Below, piece after piece: positions 57,131 through 64,000 of a stretch of DNA of 64,000 nt. The DNA is from a virus. The stretch lies in IMG/VR virus record IMGVR_UViG_3300009000_000003; one strand, given 5' to 3'. How positions within the stretch are numbered: the stretch's first letter is position 1; every line of letters starts with the position of its first letter. Position numbers and translations under genes: made by a program. Below the pieces are notes generated by a model that did not search any database, was not told the origin of the DNA, and saw only the letters and a program-made list of their open reading frames with translations.

Positions 57131-60100
57131 ATGAAAAAACCAAGCTTTTTAAATTTTTCAGAAGAGCAAAATCAAAACAGAAAAAATACAGTTCAAAATC
57201 TTTTAGCTGCTGGAGCAGTAGGAGGTTTAGGGTATGCTGGTTATAAAAACTTTTTAAACTCACCTGCAGAAATAACAAAAGCGTTAACAGGTTTAAATGC
57301 TCCTACAGAATTAAGGCAAGCAGGAGAAGAAATAGGTAAAGGGCTTCGCACTTCAAAAGAAGTTTTAGAAACAAGTAAAAAAATAGAGTTAGATAAATTT
57401 GTTGAAAATATCAACAACCAATTAGATGATATTTTAGATCAAACAAGTAACGTTGCTCCAGAAGAACGCAGAGCTTTTTTTGCTAGTTTTTTTGAAACAG
57501 TAAAAAATGAACAAATAAGCGCTGGAGTAAATACAGATGATTTACTTAAACAAGCTTACGATGATGTAGCTACGCTTAATGATACACAAAAAGCAGTATT
57601 AACAGACATGTTCAATATGCAAATAAAAGGTTCTGAAAAAACAAGCCGAAGATTTAATAAAGCTTATGCAAAATATAGTTCTAATATGAATTTATTTGCA
57701 GAGACTACAAAAAGAGAAATTCCGTCTGGAATTCCAACAAGTAATATTAGAAGGAATGTTAGCGTACCTAGTGATATTCAAAGCAAATACAATGAAATTG
57801 TTAATTTAGCTAGAGGAAGTAATTATAGCGTAAGTTTAGATGAAGTAGATGAAGGTGGTGTCAAAGGACTGTATGCTCGATTCACAAAAAATGGAGGACA
57901 AAGTGAAACATTAGTTTTAAGAGCAGGTACAGACACAGCAGGAAATCCAATCATAAGAGCTGGAGAAAATTTACAAACACGTTATGTAGCTCCATTAAAA
58001 GTTTTAAACGCCCCCGCTATGATTGATAGTAGAACTATGCGTTCTGTAAATGCAGGTACAGTAAAACAAGCAATGGGAAATGGAATAATTACAGATTATG
58101 CAGATTATGTATTTAATTTATTCAAATCGCAAATCGGAGGACGTAGTGGGTTTGCAAATTTAAACAGAAGTAATTTTAGCAAGTTTAATCAACTAATAAC
58201 TGCTTCTGCGATGTATGCTCCTTCAGAAGCTGGAAAACTATCTGATGCTTCTAGCAGAGCGATAGCTTCAAGCAGAAAACTATTTTCTAGTTCGTTTTTA
58301 ATTTCAGGGTTAGAGCAATTTAGTCCAGAGCAAAGAGGTCAAGTTAATAAAATTCTATTAGAAGCTTTTCCTCAGGATTTTGCAGGTGTAAGCTCTGTGC
58401 AAACTATGACTAGAGATTATGAAAATCCTTTTATGCGAGGCAGCAATCTAAGTTTTGCAAAATTAGGATATGCAGGAAAAGATATTCCAGGATATGCAAG
58501 TCCATTTAAATATTTAAAATTTTATGGTCGAGATTCTATAGACCGTGCAGTACAAAAACAAACAGCGCGTGAATACCAGATGATAGGTAGAGAAGAAACT
58601 GTACTAGGTATTGATGGTATAGATAAGTTTGGTAAGGGGGGTGTTATAAAAACAACTGGAGTTGGAAGTGATTTAATAGGAATTAATAAAGCTTATTCTG
58701 GAACAGCTACAGGTTTAAATTTAGGCGGAGTTATATTTAAGAAAAAAGCTGCTGAAAAATTAGGATTAGCTGAAGGTGTGGCTTATCTAGGAGGTACCGT
58801 CAGAAATGAAATAATATCTACTTTGACGGTTAACCCCAATATTGGAATTGCAGAAACAAACTTATTAAAAAAATTAAAGCAAGGTAGTATAACTGTAGGT
58901 GGTGCAGGAGCAAATTATAGCGTAGATGAATTTTTTCAAAAATACGCAGGAAAGGATGGAAGGGTAATTGTAGGAGAAATTGATACAGGTTTTAGTACAA
59001 TACAAAGAAGAAGCGGTTTAGAAAGCTTCCAATTAGAATTGTATGATCAGGCAGGTGGCTCTAGACCTAATTATAAAATTAGACAAACTTCTCAACTTAG
59101 AAATCCAGGAACAAAACTTTTTGGTTTTGCTACAAAAGATACAACTAATCAAATAACTGAAGAACAGTTACGCGCTAGATTAAAAAATGTTGGAGCAGAA
59201 GATTTTGGAGATTTATATTTCGGAGAAAATGTAGGAGGAAATATAAAATCAACTTTAGTAACAACTTCTGGACAATTAAAAAAATCTAGTACATATTTTA
59301 GCAACTTTATGGTTGGAGGTTTTGCTCAGATTGGAGGAGATGTTGCAAAATTAGAAAATGCAATTAGGGCTGATATCGGTGGAGATACAAATTATTTAAA
59401 CTTAATTAATAAAACTTATGGAACATCTTATGCTAATTTAAATCAAGCGCCAGATGCTTATCGAAGTGGTGTTCAACTTTTAGCTACAGCACAAAATATA
59501 ATAACATCAGGAAGAACCCAAAGATTAGGATCAAGGGAGCTTGGGCATATAGTAGGAGTTTTAGAAGATAGTATTGGTAAGTTTGGTATGGACGAAAACT
59601 TATTTAATAAAATAATAAGTAAAGGAGATGATGCTTTTCAAAAAGCAGCTAGAAGCAATATTGGCTTTGGTGTAACTTATGCAACTACTGGTGGTGTTCA
59701 TTCTGAGTTAAAAAGAAATTTGGCTAGAATGGAGCCTCGCGCATTCAATTATATGTATACTTCATTACGAAGCAATATGGGCTTAAGTGCAAATGAAGCT
59801 AAAAAATATATGGCTTCTTTTGTAGGAAGGATGGAAGGTTCAACAGAAAAATCTTTAATATTGCCAGGAATGACAGCAGCTCAATTTTCACTAAGTCCAA
59901 TGAATGAAATGGAATTTAGTAAATATGTATCTTCTGTAGGCAATATAGGAGCTATGGATGACGCAGATGTAGCTAAATTGTTTTCGCTAGGCCAAGGAAA
60001 TGAATCTGAAGTAATTGAAATACTTTCTAAGTATGGTCAAGGCAGTACAGTTGATTTAAAAAAAGTAATTTCAGATCCTAAAAAACTAACAGCTATTTCA

Positions 60101-63100
60101 GAAATGCTTGGAGGAAGAACAAGTTTATTTTTCGGAGGAGCGCAAGTTTTTGATAACTTATCAGGATTTTCATTAAAAAGCGGAGAAGAATTATTAAATA
60201 TAGAAAATGAATATAATAGATCAGTAACAGATTTAATAACTTCTATTTCGTCTATTAGAGATTCAAGATCAGACACTGAGTTAAGTAATCGTACTCAACA
60301 ATTTAAATACGCTAAAAAATACATGGCTGATATAACTGGTAAAACAATAAGGCAAAGTTTATCAGGAAGCGTAAGTGGTTCTGGATCTTATATGGGTGCA
60401 GGTATTATTTTAGGAAATTCTAAAGCAAATTCTACATTAGTATCGAATAATGTTACTGACATGGGAGAGCTAACTAATGCTTTTGAAAAAAATAAAGGTT
60501 ATGTAGTTTTTCAAGATGCTCAAGCGTTTTTAGATGGGATGTCTACATATAGAGATGGTTTGAAAGGAGAGAATAAAGATAAAGCTGTAGCAAAAAGAGT
60601 AAGGCAATTTTTTCTAGGGATGCATACTAAAGATAAAGAAGCTGTTACAGCTATGGTTATGCGTAATCCAAACATTAACTTTACTCACTTTTTACCAGGC
60701 ATGGGGTTGATGCGCTATGATTTTAATAAAGGTAATCGAGATCAATTCTTTGAAATGTTTAGAGGAAGATCAGTACCTTTAATTAATTACGACAGAGTAA
60801 ATGAAATTAATGAAAAACTTATGGGTATTTATGATCCTAAAGCAAAAAAACATAGTGGAAAAGGTTTGTTTGAAGTTTTAAATGCAGAAAATCCTGCAAA
60901 TATAAGAAGGCTCCTTTATGCACATTTAGAAGGTTTGGGAACTACAGACGGATATAGTACAGATGATCTTAAAAATAGATTTGGAAAAGATTATGATATT
61001 TTAAAAAAACATTACAAAAAAGCTGGTGCTAGCTATAAGTATTATTTAGATAAAGAAATAAAATTAAAGAAAAAAGTTCAAAAAACTCTTAAAACAAGAA
61101 TGAAAAAAGGTGAAGATCTAAAAATAGATTTAGATAACGTACAAAAAGAAATACAAGATTTATTAAAAAAACAAAAAGAAGCACGTTATAAAGAAGGAAA
61201 GCTTACAAGTAAAGCTGTACATGATTCCTTAATGGAATATTATGAAACTATTTTTAAAGATTCAAAATTTCAAATACAACAAAATTCTTTTTTAAGAAAT
61301 CTTGAACAGTTTGCTTTTTCAGAAAATTATGAAAAAGATGATGTGAGTAAAACAATATCAGATACTTTAGAAAAAATAAAAGGAATGAAAAATTACAGTA
61401 AATTAGACGTTTTTCATCATTTAATGGGAATGGATTTTGGAGAAATAAAAACTTTAAAATATGATGGAAAAGAAGAATCTAAAATTAAAAAATATTATTC
61501 TACAGAAGAAACAGATAAAGTAGCTGCTAAAATAAAAAAATTGTTAGATGAAAAAAAAGCGCTTTTAGATCCAAGTGTCTCTAATAATAAAATACAAGGA
61601 AATAAATTAAATATTTTAGAAAGACAATTAGAATTAAACAAAAACAGTTTAACTTCATTTGAAGACATAGCAAGGCTTTATGAACAAAGAAGCGATGAAA
61701 TAATTCAAACTAAGTCTGGGAAAGATATTACTGTAGGGGAACAATTAGATAAATATTTTGCATCAATGTTAAGACATCATCAAAACTTTGGAGAAGTTGG
61801 TGGAGGGCGTATTTATTTCCCTCAAATAGACGTAGAAGGAACATTAGAAAGCGGAGGAAAGTCATTTAAATTCAGCGAACGTATAGACTTTTCAAGAATG
61901 ATGATTGGTGACTTTGACGCTGATTATTATCAAGTATTTCATGATACTGATGCATTTAACAAAAATGCTGCAGACCATTTTGGTTTGTATAAAGCTGGTG
62001 GTGAGTACTTAATTCATAAACAATTACTTGGTGAAGGTATGGCTCAACTTGGAAAACGTTTAGGTGTAGGAGAAATATCTATAGGTCAAAGCGTTTTAGA
62101 TGAGTATCAAAAAGAAAAAGTAATTAAAGAAGTAGGCGGGTTAGATGTACAAGTAAAGATTGGTATGCTTGGTGCTATTCGTGCAGCAGAAGAAAATTCA
62201 TTGCGTACTGGCGGGAAAGAATATATGTCAGAAAGTATGCGTAGTGTATCTTCATTAGTTGCAGTAGCGCAGGAAGTTTTAGCTATTAAAGGTAAATCAT
62301 TACCTACCGCAGCAAATGTAGCAGAAGCTTTTACTAGCTCTTTGAAAGAATCTTATAAAACAGGTAAAGGAGATGCTATTTTTAACTTTTTCCAAGAAAA
62401 TGTTTTTAAAGGAACATTACTAGAAAAAGAAGGTAAAATTAAATTTTCTAATATTGATTTTCTCAATTTAGATGAAAGCTTAGAAACAACTAAACAATTA
62501 AAAAGTTTTTTAATGGACATCGAAATTGATACTAGTGTTTTTAGAAGACATCTAGATGAATTGGCTTCTAATGTTAAAAAATATGGACTCGATGCATTAG
62601 GTTCAGATACTCGTACTGGTAGTGCTTTGATGTCAGGTGACATAGCTTCAATTCAACTATTAAATAGACTCATGTCTGCTTCTGCAGAAGGAGGCTTATT
62701 TGATTCAAGCGGAAACTTTGATCAAAGTCAGCTTGAAAGAATTTCAAGAGACATAAGCGGTGGTTCTAAACAAGTATTTTTTAAAGCAGCCCCAAGAAAT
62801 TTTGGAGGTTTAATTGCAGGAGTTTTAGGAGGATCTTACTTGTTGGGAGCTACAAATAATGTATCTTCGCTGCAACTATCAGAAGAAAACTTTTCAGATA
62901 TTAGAGCAAGTCAAAATATAGGCAATAAACATGTATCTCAAATGTTTGCAAACAAAGATCATAATGGGTCTATTAGTAGTTTAAACAATAGTGGTTATGA
63001 TTCTACTTTTTACCAAAGACCTATTAATCAAGGGGAAACTATGGTAATTAAAAATAATAGAACTCGTTTTTATGGTGAAGCTGCAACTCAATCAGAAGCT

Positions 63101-63211
63101 ATGGGATCGGCACATAGATTTGCATCTGCAGGTGGAAAAGCTTTTGTAGGTATACAAGATAATAGAATGCCAATTTCTAATTCTTATATTGCTAATTCTT
63201 TAAGAGATTAA
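57131..63211 (+). CDS. Putative virion-packaged single-chain two-barrel RNA polymerase
   Basis: Ordered motifs GLAEGVAY, GTKLFGFATKD (beta-like Lys pair), VMRNP, RIYFP and IGDFDADYYQV (61910-61924). Confidence 0.7.
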   Translation: MKKPSFLNFSEEQNQNRKNTVQNLLAAGAVGGLGYAGYKNFLNSPAEITKALTGLNAPTELRQAGEEIGKGLRTSKEVLETSKKIELDKFVENINNQLDDILDQTSNVAPEERRAFFASFFETVKNEQISAGVNTDDLLKQAYDDVATLNDTQKAVLTDMFNMQIKGSEKTSRRFNKAYAKYSSNMNLFAETTKREIPSGIPTSNIRRNVSVPSDIQSKYNEIVNLARGSNYSVSLDEVDEGGVKGLYARFTKNGGQSETLVLRAGTDTAGNPIIRAGENLQTRYVAPLKVLNAPAMIDSRTMRSVNAGTVKQAMGNGIITDYADYVFNLFKSQIGGRSGFANLNRSNFSKFNQLITASAMYAPSEAGKLSDASSRAIASSRKLFSSSFLISGLEQFSPEQRGQVNKILLEAFPQDFAGVSSVQTMTRDYENPFMRGSNLSFAKLGYAGKDIPGYASPFKYLKFYGRDSIDRAVQKQTAREYQMIGREETVLGIDGIDKFGKGGVIKTTGVGSDLIGINKAYSGTATGLNLGGVIFKKKAAEKLGLAEGVAYLGGTVRNEIISTLTVNPNIGIAETNLLKKLKQGSITVGGAGANYSVDEFFQKYAGKDGRVIVGEIDTGFSTIQRRSGLESFQLELYDQAGGSRPNYKIRQTSQLRNPGTKLFGFATKDTTNQITEEQLRARLKNVGAEDFGDLYFGENVGGNIKSTLVTTSGQLKKSSTYFSNFMVGGFAQIGGDVAKLENAIRADIGGDTNYLNLINKTYGTSYANLNQAPDAYRSGVQLLATAQNIITSGRTQRLGSRELGHIVGVLEDSIGKFGMDENLFNKIISKGDDAFQKAARSNIGFGVTYATTGGVHSELKRNLARMEPRAFNYMYTSLRSNMGLSANEAKKYMASFVGRMEGSTEKSLILPGMTAAQFSLSPMNEMEFSKYVSSVGNIGAMDDADVAKLFSLGQGNESEVIEILSKYGQGSTVDLKKVISDPKKLTAISEMLGGRTSLFFGGAQVFDNLSGFSLKSGEELLNIENEYNRSVTDLITSISSIRDSRSDTELSNRTQQFKYAKKYMADITGKTIRQSLSGSVSGSGSYMGAGIILGNSKANSTLVSNNVTDMGELTNAFEKNKGYVVFQDAQAFLDGMSTYRDGLKGENKDKAVAKRVRQFFLGMHTKDKEAVTAMVMRNPNINFTHFLPGMGLMRYDFNKGNRDQFFEMFRGRSVPLINYDRVNEINEKLMGIYDPKAKKHSGKGLFEVLNAENPANIRRLLYAHLEGLGTTDGYSTDDLKNRFGKDYDILKKHYKKAGASYKYYLDKEIKLKKKVQKTLKTRMKKGEDLKIDLDNVQKEIQDLLKKQKEARYKEGKLTSKAVHDSLMEYYETIFKDSKFQIQQNSFLRNLEQFAFSENYEKDDVSKTISDTLEKIKGMKNYSKLDVFHHLMGMDFGEIKTLKYDGKEESKIKKYYSTEETDKVAAKIKKLLDEKKALLDPSVSNNKIQGNKLNILERQLELNKNSLTSFEDIARLYEQRSDEIIQTKSGKDITVGEQLDKYFASMLRHHQNFGEVGGGRIYFPQIDVEGTLESGGKSFKFSERIDFSRMMIGDFDADYYQVFHDTDAFNKNAADHFGLYKAGGEYLIHKQLLGEGMAQLGKRLGVGEISIGQSVLDEYQKEKVIKEVGGLDVQVKIGMLGAIRAAEENSLRTGGKEYMSESMRSVSSLVAVAQEVLAIKGKSLPTAANVAEAFTSSLKESYKTGKGDAIFNFFQENVFKGTLLEKEGKIKFSNIDFLNLDESLETTKQLKSFLMDIEIDTSVFRRHLDELASNVKKYGLDALGSDTRTGSALMSGDIASIQLLNRLMSASAEGGLFDSSGNFDQSQLERISRDISGGSKQVFFKAAPRNFGGLIAGVLGGSYLLGATNNVSSLQLSEENFSDIRASQNIGNKHVSQMFANKDHNGSISSLNNSGYDSTFYQRPINQGETMVIKNNRTRFYGEAATQSEAMGSAHRFASAGGKAFVGIQDNRMPISNSYIANSLRD

Positions 63212-63212
63212 T

Positions 63213-64000
63213 ATGTTAGATAATTTAATTAATGTTGATGCTAATCAGGAAGAAATTAATTTTTATATTAATGACGTAGGTCTATTTGTAGCACCTACAA
63301 GCATTTCTATACATAAAGAAGGAATGACATATAGTTCTAAAACTTTGCGCACCAATACAAGTGTAAAATTTGGATCTGGTAACGGAATTTACCACGTACA
63401 ATTAAGCTTAGTATTTCCTCCAGATAGCCTAGTTCAGTTACATAGAATCATTGTACAAATAAAAAATAACCCATTTGTTTACATAGAAAATGATTTTATT
63501 AAATCTTCAATAGACCCATTAGAATTAAATGAGCCTATTAAAGATAGAGACAATTCTTTATTTTTTACTTGCATGGGAATTAATGTAATCAATCACCCGA
63601 GTTCTCCCGCATCATTTATTTGTGAAGTAGATTTAAGATTATTTAATGAAAAAGCTTACTCTTCAAGATTAGAATATAAAGATGATGTAACTGAAAATAT
63701 TTACAAAGATCAAAAATTGACTGAGATATCTTTTAATATTCCGTTTGGAGACAGCGAAGAATTAAATATTATTAATGAATTTCCAATTAATCAAAGTAAT
63801 TCAATAAGAAGCTATAATAAAATTTTTGCAGATAAAAAAAATCCAACTAGAAAAGTAAGGCAACCTTACAAATCTAAAATATATATAAGGTATTCTAATT
63901 GGTTGCAAAATTATTATCTTCAAGATTGTTTTCGAATAAATATATTTGAAATATTAGAAGAAGAATATTCAAAAGATGAAATTAAAAACATTTTATATAA
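63213..64000 (+). CDS. Putative tail/baseplate protein (partial, runs off the window end)
   Basis: ATG at 63213, in frame at both ends checked: MLDNLINVDANQEEINFYINDVGLFVAPTSISIHKE..KTLRT..; absent from the ORF track, consistent with no stop in the window. Confidence 0.6.
   Translation, partial: MLDNLINVDANQEEINFYINDVGLFVAPTSISIHKEGMTYSSKTLRTNTSVKFGSGNGIYHVQLSLVFPPDSLVQLHRIIVQIKNNPFVYIENDFIKSSIDPLELNEPIKDRDNSLFFTCMGINVINHPSSPASFICEVDLRLFNEKAYSSRLEYKDDVTENIYKDQKLTEISFNIPFGDSEELNIINEFPINQSNSIRSYNKIFADKKNPTRKVRQPYKSKIYIRYSNWLQNYYLQDCFRINIFEILEEEYSKDEIKNILY

Overview
This window is a segment of a large myovirus-type phage genome with two compositionally distinct parts. (1) An AT-rich plus-strand virion module (about 20.7-64 kb) carries the terminase, portal, prohead protease, major capsid, neck, tail sheath, three tube-like paralogs, tail chaperones and very large putative virion-internal proteins. 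One of these (2026 aa) has the motifs of a single-chain two-barrel RNA polymerase (DFDAD). (2) A visibly more GC-rich minus-strand island (about 2.4-18.2 kb) looks like an early region. It encodes a second polymerase (1738 aa, YonO/eukaryotic-RdRP-like, DSDGD), four tRNAs reading the AT-rich codons AUA/AAA/AGA/UUA, and many small orphan ORFs. It also holds a dense set of structured non-coding elements: two covarying hammerhead ribozyme candidates with an unusual permutation (opened between A9 and G10.1), a roughly 730-nt pseudoknotted RNA, and an array of C-G(N)NA-G mini-hairpins. Glycosyltransferase genes flank the island. All protein and RNA calls come from motif recognition and manual base-pairing; no database search or folding program was run.
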